Positions 47,173 to 56,092 of a stretch of DNA of 57,179 bases are shown here, piece after piece. The stretch covers positions 62,001 to 119,179 of the forward strand of contig CAUYUJ010000042.1 in NCBI GenBank assembly GCA_963575745.1, given 5' to 3'. Source of the DNA: Prorocentrum cordatum (Eukaryota). A program made the translations under genes and the position numbers. Position 1 is the first letter of the stretch. Each line of letters begins with the position of its first letter. Below the pieces are notes generated by a model. It was given only the letters and a program-made list of their open reading frames with translations. It did no database searches and was not told the DNA's origin.

Positions 47173-48831
47173 ATGGCGACATGGGGACCACCGCACGCAG
47201 GCCAGTCATCATCATGGAAGTGCCCGTGCGGTGCAAGAGTCCCTTTGAGCAAATGGAATTGCAAGTGTGGCACTCATTTCAGTCAGAGGACGGGTATAAC
47301 GTGGTACAAGCGGCCTCCCAGCAAGGGGCCCAAGAGCGGTACAGCAGCGACAGCGACGGCGGCACCTTCCAAGGCGGCGATCAACAGAATAGTGCAGCCC
47401 ATCCGTCCGCTCACGCTCCAGGAAGCTCAGCGGCATCAGAAATGGGAGGAGCCGCCAGACGAAAGCGAGCACGCCCAGTTCAGAAATGTCGTAAGGAGGA
47501 AGATCGACGTGCTGGCGACGTCCGTGATGGCATCCATCGCTGCAGGGACCAGCGACACAGAGGCCAGGCTCGAGATCGCCATGTGGAAAGCAGCCTTGGT
47601 CTCGCTCAAGCCGCTTACGCAGCAGTTGATGGATCTACAGAATCGCCAGAATCGACACAGCGAGAGGTTGAGGAAGATTCGTATCGAGCGCTGCAAGTTA
47701 GACGAGGAGGAGATCTTGGTACAAAAGGAGATCGACGATGTATCGATGCAGATTGTCAAGGTAAAGGAGGACATCCAAGACGCCCAGGTGTACGACGCCA
47801 TGGACACAGATGGTGGTGGATCGCTGCATGGTGCTGGTGGAGGGACTGCGCCAGCGCCTCCGCCGTGGCGCCAAGCCCAGCAGCAGGCAGCGCAAGGCAA
47901 CCAGATGCCATTCATCCCGCAGCATTTGTGCCAGCCTATACCAGCATTGGTGCCAGCGATTATGGCTCACCAGCAGGCAATGGCAGCCAAGGGCTTGGGC
48001 GTGGGCAAGGGCGCGGCGGCGCCAGGGCGGGCTCAGATGCCGCCGCTCGGCCCCACGGCTTTGCCGGAGAAGGGCTTGGGCAAGTGCCCCGCCCCGCCTC
48101 AGCCACCGCTGAGCGGCATCCTGAACCCAGTCCAGCAGATGCAGTTCGACACCATGATGGCGACGATGGCCTCAAACAATGCCAAGATCGATCAGTTCCT
48201 GACGACATTCGCGGCGGGGTTTATAGCCCCCCAGGCTCCTGGTCGCACGCCAGGGCCACAAGGGGTTCACCACGTACCAGTGCCGCCGACCATGTCATCC
48301 ACGCCAGCATCGACCTTCCCAGTCCAGACGCAGCAGGCAGGGGCTGCAGGCGCGCCGACGTCGGCTACGTCAACGGCAGCGCCACCATCAGGGGATGGGA
48401 CGTCATCGAGAGCAGAGCAGTCGACAAGCGACGAGACGTCCCCCTTGCAGCCGCGGGCGCTCTTGCCGCAGTTGAGCGCACAGGAGGTCGAAGAGATACC
48501 CATGATGGGCAGCCTCACGCCCATCTCGCCGACGCAGCCAGTGACGGAAGCCACGGAGGAGATCAAGGGCCCCGGCATCTCGGTCACCGCAGACCCTACG
48601 CTTCCAGATTGGTCGAGATGGGAGGGGCATATGACGGATGCCCCAGCACCAGGAGTCCTGGCAGCAGCGGCAGCAATGCAGACAGCCGAAGCTGTGCCAG
48701 TACCAGGGGACATGCGGGCAGCATCGGCAGCCTTGCCATCCGAGACGCCCGCGAGGCCGAGGAAGTTTCAGCGAGGCGAGGATGTGATCGTCGACCTCGA
48801 GGGCGAGGGCGAGGGCGAGCAGGATTTCTGA
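47173..48831 (+). CDS. LINE ORF1-like protein (552 aa): N-terminal RanBP2-like zinc finger, coiled coil, disordered tail
   Basis: ATG at 47173; WKCPCGARVPLSKWNCKCGTHF; heptad-like LTQQLMDLQNRQNRHSERLRKIRIERCKLDEEEILVQKEIDDVSMQIVKVKEDI. Confidence 0.75.
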   Translation: MATWGPPHAGQSSSWKCPCGARVPLSKWNCKCGTHFSQRTGITWYKRPPSKGPKSGTAATATAAPSKAAINRIVQPIRPLTLQEAQRHQKWEEPPDESEHAQFRNVVRRKIDVLATSVMASIAAGTSDTEARLEIAMWKAALVSLKPLTQQLMDLQNRQNRHSERLRKIRIERCKLDEEEILVQKEIDDVSMQIVKVKEDIQDAQVYDAMDTDGGGSLHGAGGGTAPAPPPWRQAQQQAAQGNQMPFIPQHLCQPIPALVPAIMAHQQAMAAKGLGVGKGAAAPGRAQMPPLGPTALPEKGLGKCPAPPQPPLSGILNPVQQMQFDTMMATMASNNAKIDQFLTTFAAGFIAPQAPGRTPGPQGVHHVPVPPTMSSTPASTFPVQTQQAGAAGAPTSATSTAAPPSGDGTSSRAEQSTSDETSPLQPRALLPQLSAQEVEEIPMMGSLTPISPTQPVTEATEEIKGPGISVTADPTLPDWSRWEGHMTDAPAPGVLAAAAAMQTAEAVPVPGDMRAASAALPSETPARPRKFQRGEDVIVDLEGEGEGEQDF

Positions 48832-48854
48832 GAGTGAGCTGGGGCCCAGGCGAG

Positions 48855-49961
48855 ATGCGAGTTTATTCGCCACAGTCTCCCCTCCCCTCCACTTCCTTGG
48901 CTCCTGCGTCAGTCGTTCCCCCCCCCATTCTGTATCGTTCGCCAGTAGTAATAGCGTTGGAGGCGCTGTTGGCCAATTCGCAGGATGGGGGAGATAACCG
49001 CGATCCGTCACTCAAGAGTTACACACCAGTAGCTTCGAGCTCGGAAGGGTCTGAAAGCCAGGGGGCGCAGGCCCAGCCCGACCCCCATAAATCGTTCAGG
49101 ATTTCTCTCGATGGTCGAGAAGATTTTGTCCATGTCGTCCGCTCTCATGCTCCTGTTCTCTCTCTGTGTCGGGATGTGCCGAGTGAGGATTTGCATGAGG
49201 CGGCGAGGTTAGCCGTTGCGCTAGCAGCCGAGCCTGGCGGACCACACGCCAGCATCGAGATCTACTCAGACGGCTCGTGGCAGCCCGACCAGCCTGAGGA
49301 GTCGAGCTGGGCCGTGAGCGTAGTAGCCAGATCGCGAGATCATGATGAAGCTAAGGTGCACTTCTGTGGCTTTCTGCGGGGGAACGCAGTGGCCACCGCG
49401 CCAGGCTTGTTAGACCTGTCAACTGCGTCCAGCACCACTTTCGAGGTCCTTGGGATTTATTGGGGGCTCCTTTGGATCTTGTCGGGGGCCCAGGGGCCTT
49501 CAGGGGAACCAGTGTTGGCCAATGAGGGCTCCCCGCAGGTGGTTTTCCACGTGGATAACACCACGGCTATGGCTTTAGCCCAAGTGGAGATGGTCGCAGC
49601 GGGGATTGATAAGAAATTAGTACAAGTTACTCGGCATGCGCTCAGATGCGTGCGCCAGCATGTGAGAGTTCATTTTTTCCACGTGAGGTCACACGTTGGA
49701 AATCCGTGGAATGAGTGCTCAGACTCGCTGTGCAAGAGCACTGCTGTGGCCAGTCTCGTCCCCCCCCCTCAGTTGTTGGAAGAGCTCGCTTTCAGGGAAT
49801 CTATGGAATGGGATTGGATCCATGCCCTCTCTGGAGACTCTCGCGCACAGTACCCGCAGTTGGTCCAGGGGGACTTTCAGGGGCACATCGAACTCCAGCA
49901 GGCCTGCGAGGCTCATTTGTTTAAAGCCAGTGGTGGTTGGGAAAGCCGCCCAGCAGGTTAA
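48855..49961 (+). CDS. RNase HI domain protein of the LINE (start uncertain; probably fused to neighbours by frameshift)
   Basis: IEIYSDGS, STTFEVLG, VVFHVDN and VHFFHVRSHVGNPWNECSDSLCK give a complete D-E-D-(H)-D RNase H signature at ~49254-49737. Confidence 0.85.
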   Translation: MRVYSPQSPLPSTSLAPASVVPPPILYRSPVVIALEALLANSQDGGDNRDPSLKSYTPVASSSEGSESQGAQAQPDPHKSFRISLDGREDFVHVVRSHAPVLSLCRDVPSEDLHEAARLAVALAAEPGGPHASIEIYSDGSWQPDQPEESSWAVSVVARSRDHDEAKVHFCGFLRGNAVATAPGLLDLSTASSTTFEVLGIYWGLLWILSGAQGPSGEPVLANEGSPQVVFHVDNTTAMALAQVEMVAAGIDKKLVQVTRHALRCVRQHVRVHFFHVRSHVGNPWNECSDSLCKSTAVASLVPPPQLLEELAFRESMEWDWIHALSGDSRAQYPQLVQGDFQGHIELQQACEAHLFKASGGWESRPAG

Positions 49962-52900
49962 AGTCGAGTTCGTTGTTGCCACTTATAACGCTCTCTCGGC
50001 GCTTGAGAGGGAACCCGCGTCTTTGACGCCAAAGCCTGCTCGCAGAATCACTGCCAAGACTAGTAGTTGGACCCCCAAGGGCGTGAGGGCTCAAGGGCCC
50101 CACTTGAGAACCCAGTTTAGAGAAGCGGGCGTCCTCCTGGTTGGGGTTCAAGAAGCCAGGAACGTCGAAGGTGCGAGAAGGTCCCACGGCTACGAAATCT
50201 TTGCGTCTGGTGCGTGCCGTGGAAACCTGGGGGTCGAGCTGTGGGTGGCGCATGATATACCCTACGCGACGCGTGGGGCCAAGCCACCTTTTCTTGTGCG
50301 CAAGAATGTGCAGGTGCTGCATGCCGATCCGCGGCGTTTGATTGCAGTTATTCGAGCAGCGCACTTTAGTTGTCGAGTTGCAGTGTTGCATGCGCCACAT
50401 GCCAAGAGTGGCACGCCGGAGGAGCAGGAGCAATGGTGGCAGCAAACCGATGAATTGGTCATCAAGTGTCGTGTGGATTTGTCCCTTTTTGACTCGAACG
50501 GAAGGGTGGGGTCCATTGCGTCCGAGGTCGTGGGGGACAAGGGGTTCAAGCAACACGAAGACTTGGAGGGGGGATCTTTTCATAGCCATCTTATGGCCAC
50601 CCAGCTTTCTGCTCTCAATACTTTATTGCCTCAGGCTGGTGACACCCACACTTGGGTGGCTCACAACGGCTCGCCACATCGCATAGATTATGTCTGCGCG
50701 TCGCAAGGGCTTGCTGCACAGGCAAGATCGTGCACGGTTTGGTATGATATAGACACCCAGCATGAGAAGCCGGACCACTATCCGCTTTTGGTCAAGTTTT
50801 CCAGGAATCCCGAGGTCGCCAAGGTTAAAAATCTCAGGCAGTTTGACCCTCTTAAAACGTGTGATGAGGAGAGGTGTGCTCTCTTCCGAGCGCAGCTCGC
50901 CCTGTTGCCCGAGGTGCCCTGGGAAGTGGGGGTTAATCAGCATGCTAGTGTGGTCGACGAAGGTGTTTTGCAAGCGGCCTCGGTTACGTTTCCAGTTGAC
51001 CAAGATGCCCGCCCCCCCTTCAAGCCCCACATCACTCCTAACGTCTTCGCTACGGTAAAGTTGAGGCGCAAGGTTCGTATGGTGCTTCGCGCTTATCGAA
51101 GAATGGATGCGGGGCCTTTGGTGAGTCTTGTGCAAGATGCCTTGACCACGCCGTCCCTGCTGCTGTACGAAGTGCCACAAGAAGTGCAGGCTGCCCTTTT
51201 TCCCTTTGTCCTCTCTGCGCAGGATTTCGGCAAGGGTGCCTTCTGTGCGGAGGACGCTGCCAAGGCTGCGGCTATGTTCATTCGGATGTCCAGTAAGATG
51301 GTCAGGCAGCAAATCATTGCCGCCAAGGGGGATCTTCTGGATAAGTTGGCTGAGGAACTCAACTCGTCGCTCACGGCGGGTGCGGCTCGTCAAGAGTGGA
51401 AAGCCTTCAGGTCCATTTCCAGGTGTGGGGGGGCCAGGTCCAAGTTTTCTCACGATCACCTGCCCATGATGAAGAGCGAAGATGATCGCGTGTATGAGAG
51501 CTCGGAAGAGATAGCGGAAGAGTTCCTCAGGAGGTTTGCTGACATGGAGTTCGGTCAAGTGGCCGACAACGAGCAGCTTGTGGCCGCGTATAATAAGCAT
51601 CGGCAGGTGCGTTTCGAGAAAGCCGATGCTAGCACTGTTTTTCCCTTGAAGTTCCTGATGTCTCGCGACAGGCTGCAGGAGAGTTTTTTGTCTGCTAAGA
51701 CTGGGAGAGGTGCAGGGCCCAGCGGAATTCGAAGTGAGTTGCTGAAGATTGCGGCTGAGGAGATGACAAGCGTTTACCACCCCCTCCTTACTAAGATTTC
51801 GGTGCAGAACGCTGAACCCTTGGCTTGGAAAGGGGGGTGGGCCGTGCCGATCCCCAAGAAACCTCCGCTTTGTTATTTTGCGAATCATCGCGAAATCTTA
51901 CTCGGGGAAGTGGTAACTAAGCACCACCACGCGTTCTTGCGTTCTCTCGTGCTGCATGTCGTCATGGAAATCTCGGGCCAGGGACAGATGGGGGGCTTTC
52001 CTGGAAGGGGAACTGACCTTGCGTCGCTGGGTACCCGCACGACCCTCGAGTTTTTGAAAAGCAGAGGCCGCACGGCTATCCTTCTTTTCTCGGATTTGAA
52101 GGACGCTTTCTATAGGCTGCTGAAGCAATTTGTCGTGGATGCGGAGAAGCTAGATGAAGACAATATCATTGATAGATTATCGATCCCTCTCAACCTCATC
52201 CCTGCTTTCTCTGCTCTGCTTCGCCAGCCAGCCCTCTTGGCGGTCAAGGCGCCAGCCCAGTTGTCTAACATGCTCGCCGAGGCTACTGCCGCCACGTGGT
52301 TCGGCGTGCGAGGAGCCGCGAGCATAGCGATTCCCCGATGCGGGTCGCGCGCGGGCATGCCGCTCGGAGATTTGCTTTTTATCGCAGGCTTTGCACCTGC
52401 CCATGCTAAGGTGCACCAGAGGCTTACAGATGCTTGCCTCACTGTGCCCATGGACGCGTACCAGGCTGAGTTCGACAGGTGTGATAAACCCTCTGGTTGG
52501 TGCCCTCTATTCACAGAAGTCCGTGATTTCGGAGGCGAAAAGGCCGATACCCAGGGGTCCGCGTTTGTTGACGATATGATCACTATCACCTCGCCTGCCC
52601 ACAACTCGAGGTGGTATGATGCCGTCATGCGTACGGCTTTGGTTGTTCACGAAGAGCTGGTTAAAGCGGGTTTTTGCCCCAACTACGGCAAAGGTAAAAG
52701 TGAGTTAATGGTGTTGTTTGCGGGAGAGGGGTCCACCGAGGCCAGGATTACGTATGAAAGAACCCCCACCTTTGACTTGCGTATGTATGGAGTTAAGTTG
52801 TGCAAGACTGATTCGTATAAGTATCTCGGATCGCTGGTGCACAGGAGCGGGTCGTGGGGTCCCGAGCTGACTCTGCGGAGTCATGACCAGTCGGCGGCCC

Positions 52901-54870
52901 TGGGACCCTTGCGGAGGACGGCTTTCGGAATCCCGAGTTTGAGCAGGAAGTCCAAGCTAAAATATGCGGTTTCGCTTTGCTCCTCGAGGTTTTTGCACCA
53001 GTCGCCATTATGGGTGCTCAATGGTAAAATGAAGGTCCGTGCCGCAGGCGACTACGTAGCAGCGTACAGAGCTGCACTCAAGTCCGAGTTTCCTGCCCCT
53101 CCCGCCCCTCGTGCCTCCACGGAGGAGGTACTCCTCAAGGCTGGCAAACCATCGTTGGACACCGTGCTGCGTTTGAGACGGCTGCGTTTTCTTAGTCGAA
53201 TCTGCCGCAACGCTCCTCGCGCCATCCTCATCATGCTCGACTTGCTGTCCCGAGTGCCTGGCACTTGGGCCAATCTTGTGTGGGAAGATCTGCTTTGGCT
53301 CCCCGACCGCGTCACGCTTCCCCTTACGCACTCTCCTCCTGGCGACGTTTCCTGGTGGGTCCGTTTGTCGTGCGAAGGTCGGTTGTGGAAGCGTTTGCTG
53401 AAGTCGGCGGAAGCTGGGGCCACCAGGGCCGAGATGGATAGTACGAGGCTCCAGCAGTGGCGAAAGGACCTGAGCGAGCAATGTAAGGTTACTGGTGTGT
53501 GTCCTCCCCCGACTTGCGGAGATCTCCCCGTGGCCACGGTCTTTGTTTGTTCTGAGTGTGATCTCACTTTTGACAGTGCTGGGTCGTGGGCTGCGCATCG
53601 CACAAAAAATCATCCGTCACTGGACTTGGCGCGCACAGTGGCCAAAGGTTCAGTGTGCCAAGGATGCTGTCGCCAGTTCTTTACAAACTTGAGGCTTTTA
53701 AAGCACCTGCGGCACGGCTCGAGCAGATGCCTCCCGGCCTTGCTCACTGTGCTGCACCCCCTGTCGGAGGAGGAAATTCAGACGCAGCGCGCCGAGAACG
53801 TCGAGATCGCGTCTGAGCTTGCTTCTCGGGGATTGTATGCTGAGCAAGCGGAGAAAAAGTCGCATCGGTGCGTCGGCCCGATGCTCCGAGGGGTAACGGA
53901 TGAGCGATGGAATCGCATCCAACCCGTTGGCCGCCCCGCAGCAGAGTTTCAAGAACCAGCGTTCCAGAGAGCGAGTCCTGTGCCAAGTGTGCCTCAGCCA
54001 GATCAGATGTTTTATGTTCTACACCTTTTCTCTGGACAAAGGAGGAAATGTGACGTCCAGGACTACGTCGACGCTGAGGCGAGGAGGTGTGGTTTGGCTT
54101 TGATTGTCCTCAGCATCGATGTTGCCAACGACGAAGCGCGAAGTAATCTAGCGGCTAAAAAATCTGTGCACGAGTTAGTAAGTTTGGTTTTATCAGGCCT
54201 CGTGTGGGCCGTGCTGGCGGGCCCGCCATGCGAAACCTTTTCGCGTGAGCGGGCCCGACCGCCCCCACGTAGATCTGTTTATCCCAGAATCGTTCGTACT
54301 CCAAAGTTTCCGTGGGGGCTCCCTGCTAGAGGAGAGGCCGAATGGGACCAGATTGACGTTTCCAATGCCCTCCTTCGGACTACAATACAGTTAGCGTTTG
54401 CTTGCAGCGCTGTAGGCGCTCGGTTTCTCATGGAACACCCCGAGTGCCCCATGGAGCCCCACCTTGTCAGTAGTTGGAGGTTGCCCGAGGTCCGACACGT
54501 TCTGACTTTGTCGGGGGCGGCCCTAATCAGTTTCGACCAATGCCAATTTGGGGCATGTAGTGTCAAGCCCACCTCTCTCCTGACCCTTGGCCTCCCTCAC
54601 ATCCAGAACATTATAGACAGCATGCCTGGAAGGGGAAGGTGTACGCACCCCTTCGGCCACGAGTCTCTGGCGGGTCTGTCGGCGTCAGGTGAGTATCGAA
54701 CGGCGGCGGCAAAGCAGTATCCGCCCCAGATGTGCAAGGCCATAGGTTTGTCTGTCGTGGCGGGCCTCCCTCCATCCAACCTCAGCGTGGCCGAGCTCCA
54801 CTCGGCGATGGAGGCCCGCGCCCCGCAGCTTGCGCCTTACTTTGCTCCATTGGATCCATGCCTGTCGTAG
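49921..54870 (+). CDS. LINE ORF2: APE endonuclease, reverse transcriptase, C2H2 zinc fingers, C5-cytosine methyltransferase (entry point inferred)
   Basis: APE: VATYNA, VGVQEAR, LHAPH, FDSNGRVG, RIDYV, PDHYPL. RT: GAGPSGI, PIPK, HREILL, FSDLKDAFY, GSRAGMPLGDLLF, FVDD, YKYLG. Zinc fingers: CSECDLTF...HRTKNH, CQGC...HLRH. Methyltransferase: LHLFSG, SID, GPPCETFS, LMEHP, QCQFG...KPT, YP. Confidence 0.93.
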   Translation, partial: LKPVVVGKAAQQVKVEFVVATYNALSALEREPASLTPKPARRITAKTSSWTPKGVRAQGPHLRTQFREAGVLLVGVQEARNVEGARRSHGYEIFASGACRGNLGVELWVAHDIPYATRGAKPPFLVRKNVQVLHADPRRLIAVIRAAHFSCRVAVLHAPHAKSGTPEEQEQWWQQTDELVIKCRVDLSLFDSNGRVGSIASEVVGDKGFKQHEDLEGGSFHSHLMATQLSALNTLLPQAGDTHTWVAHNGSPHRIDYVCASQGLAAQARSCTVWYDIDTQHEKPDHYPLLVKFSRNPEVAKVKNLRQFDPLKTCDEERCALFRAQLALLPEVPWEVGVNQHASVVDEGVLQAASVTFPVDQDARPPFKPHITPNVFATVKLRRKVRMVLRAYRRMDAGPLVSLVQDALTTPSLLLYEVPQEVQAALFPFVLSAQDFGKGAFCAEDAAKAAAMFIRMSSKMVRQQIIAAKGDLLDKLAEELNSSLTAGAARQEWKAFRSISRCGGARSKFSHDHLPMMKSEDDRVYESSEEIAEEFLRRFADMEFGQVADNEQLVAAYNKHRQVRFEKADASTVFPLKFLMSRDRLQESFLSAKTGRGAGPSGIRSELLKIAAEEMTSVYHPLLTKISVQNAEPLAWKGGWAVPIPKKPPLCYFANHREILLGEVVTKHHHAFLRSLVLHVVMEISGQGQMGGFPGRGTDLASLGTRTTLEFLKSRGRTAILLFSDLKDAFYRLLKQFVVDAEKLDEDNIIDRLSIPLNLIPAFSALLRQPALLAVKAPAQLSNMLAEATAATWFGVRGAASIAIPRCGSRAGMPLGDLLFIAGFAPAHAKVHQRLTDACLTVPMDAYQAEFDRCDKPSGWCPLFTEVRDFGGEKADTQGSAFVDDMITITSPAHNSRWYDAVMRTALVVHEELVKAGFCPNYGKGKSELMVLFAGEGSTEARITYERTPTFDLRMYGVKLCKTDSYKYLGSLVHRSGSWGPELTLRSHDQSAALGPLRRTAFGIPSLSRKSKLKYAVSLCSSRFLHQSPLWVLNGKMKVRAAGDYVAAYRAALKSEFPAPPAPRASTEEVLLKAGKPSLDTVLRLRRLRFLSRICRNAPRAILIMLDLLSRVPGTWANLVWEDLLWLPDRVTLPLTHSPPGDVSWWVRLSCEGRLWKRLLKSAEAGATRAEMDSTRLQQWRKDLSEQCKVTGVCPPPTCGDLPVATVFVCSECDLTFDSAGSWAAHRTKNHPSLDLARTVAKGSVCQGCCRQFFTNLRLLKHLRHGSSRCLPALLTVLHPLSEEEIQTQRAENVEIASELASRGLYAEQAEKKSHRCVGPMLRGVTDERWNRIQPVGRPAAEFQEPAFQRASPVPSVPQPDQMFYVLHLFSGQRRKCDVQDYVDAEARRCGLALIVLSIDVANDEARSNLAAKKSVHELVSLVLSGLVWAVLAGPPCETFSRERARPPPRRSVYPRIVRTPKFPWGLPARGEAEWDQIDVSNALLRTTIQLAFACSAVGARFLMEHPECPMEPHLVSSWRLPEVRHVLTLSGAALISFDQCQFGACSVKPTSLLTLGLPHIQNIIDSMPGRGRCTHPFGHESLAGLSASGEYRTAAAKQYPPQMCKAIGLSVVAGLPPSNLSVAELHSAMEARAPQLAPYFAPLDPCLS

Positions 54871-54994
54871 TTCAGCCTGGATATTTCACGTGTAGTCTCA
54901 TGTGTTGTGCAGTTGTTGTGTACATGTGCGTGTCTCACCTCTTGCATGCGTCCACCGCGGTCTCGAACCCCATCGGCAGTGGGAACAGAACAGG

Positions 54995-55335
54995 GAGAGG
55001 AGGAAGAGGAGGAGGAGGAGGAGGGGGAGGAGGAGGAGGAGGAGGAGGCGGAGGAGGAGGAGAAGGAGGAGGAGGAGGAGGAGGAGGCGGAGGGGGAGGC
55101 GAAGGAGGAGGGGGCGGGGGAGGGAAGAGGGGAAAGAGAGGAGGAGGATGTGGAGGAGTAATGAGCGGGAGTGGATGTGGGATGAGGCGGAAGAGAAGAC
55201 GGATGAGAGGGAAGAGGAGGAGGAGGAGGAGGAAGAGGAGGAGGAAGATGAAGAGGGGGTTGGAGGAGTTGCGGAAGGAGAAAGAGGAGCAGGGGGAGTT
55301 GGATGATGAGGAGGAGCAGGAGGAGGAGGAGGACA
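54995..55335. repeat. (GAG)n-rich tract 3' of the LINE (possible tail)
   Basis: Visible directly in the sequence. Confidence 0.85.
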
Positions 55336-55934
55336 TGCAGGGGAGGCGCTCACTCTTCGTCGCTTCCCCCCATTTGCCTTCCTCGACTGCCTCCTCGAAG
55401 GATCGCGCGCAGCAGAGGGGGCAGGCGGCGGCAGGTTCGCGCCGTCTCGGCTTGTCGGCGCGCTCGGGGGGGCCCTTCCTTAGCGGGCCCCGGAAACGGC
55501 AGGGCCGTTTTTTCACCGTTTTCCAACAAATGTCCCTTGAAAATGGAAACGGCAAAAAACGGCAACCGGAAACGGCAAAAAAACGGCTCCAGGATGGGAA
55601 CCCGAGCCGGAACCGGTCAACAAACGGCGACGGAACCGGTTAAACAAAACGGCGTCGGAACCGGCACCGAGAGCGGCAAAACGGAGCCGGTAAAAAAAAA
55701 CGGCCCTGTCGTTTCCAGCTAGGGCCCACTATAGGGGCCCCTCGGGCCGACAGACGGCCGGGCGCGACGGACGTGCGGAAGGCGCGCTCCAAGAGCCGCG
55801 CTGGGCCGGGAGCAGAGGGGCGTGCAGGGTCGAGCGGCGCGCGCGCGTTGCCGGACACCGGGGCCGACGTCCGACGCCGGTGCGGCAGGAGCTCGCCAAA
55901 CAGTGGGGGCCCATGCCAAGAAACACTCAGGATG

Positions 55935-56092
55935 GGAAAAAACACACAGACAAAATTAACCGTCGACTCCCAGGAAAATATGGGAAAATATGGGAAGTGG
56001 GGGGGGAAGACAAAAACCGAGAAAATATATAGGAAAATATGGGGAATAGTTTTATTTGTGTGTATTTATTTGTGTGTCCTGGGGCCCCTTCA
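55935..56092 (+). repeat. Dispersed repeat family D, copy 2
   Basis: Matches 17700-17845. Confidence 0.7.

Larger units (their letters stand above)
46922..54995 (+). mobile_element. Full-length non-LTR retrotransposon carrying RNase H, APE, RT and a cytosine DNA methyltransferase
   Basis: ~250 bp 5' UTR, three consecutive long ORFs with recognisable domains and a ~120 bp 3' UTR, bounded by (GAG)n on both sides. Confidence 0.92.

Noticed and set aside
49920..49926. TTTAAAG as a canonical -1 slippery heptamer
   Set aside because: It is phased TTT AAA G in the upstream frame, so the required shift is +1, not -1.
50623..51888. 421-aa minus-strand ORF
   Set aside because: Antisense shadow of LINE ORF2.
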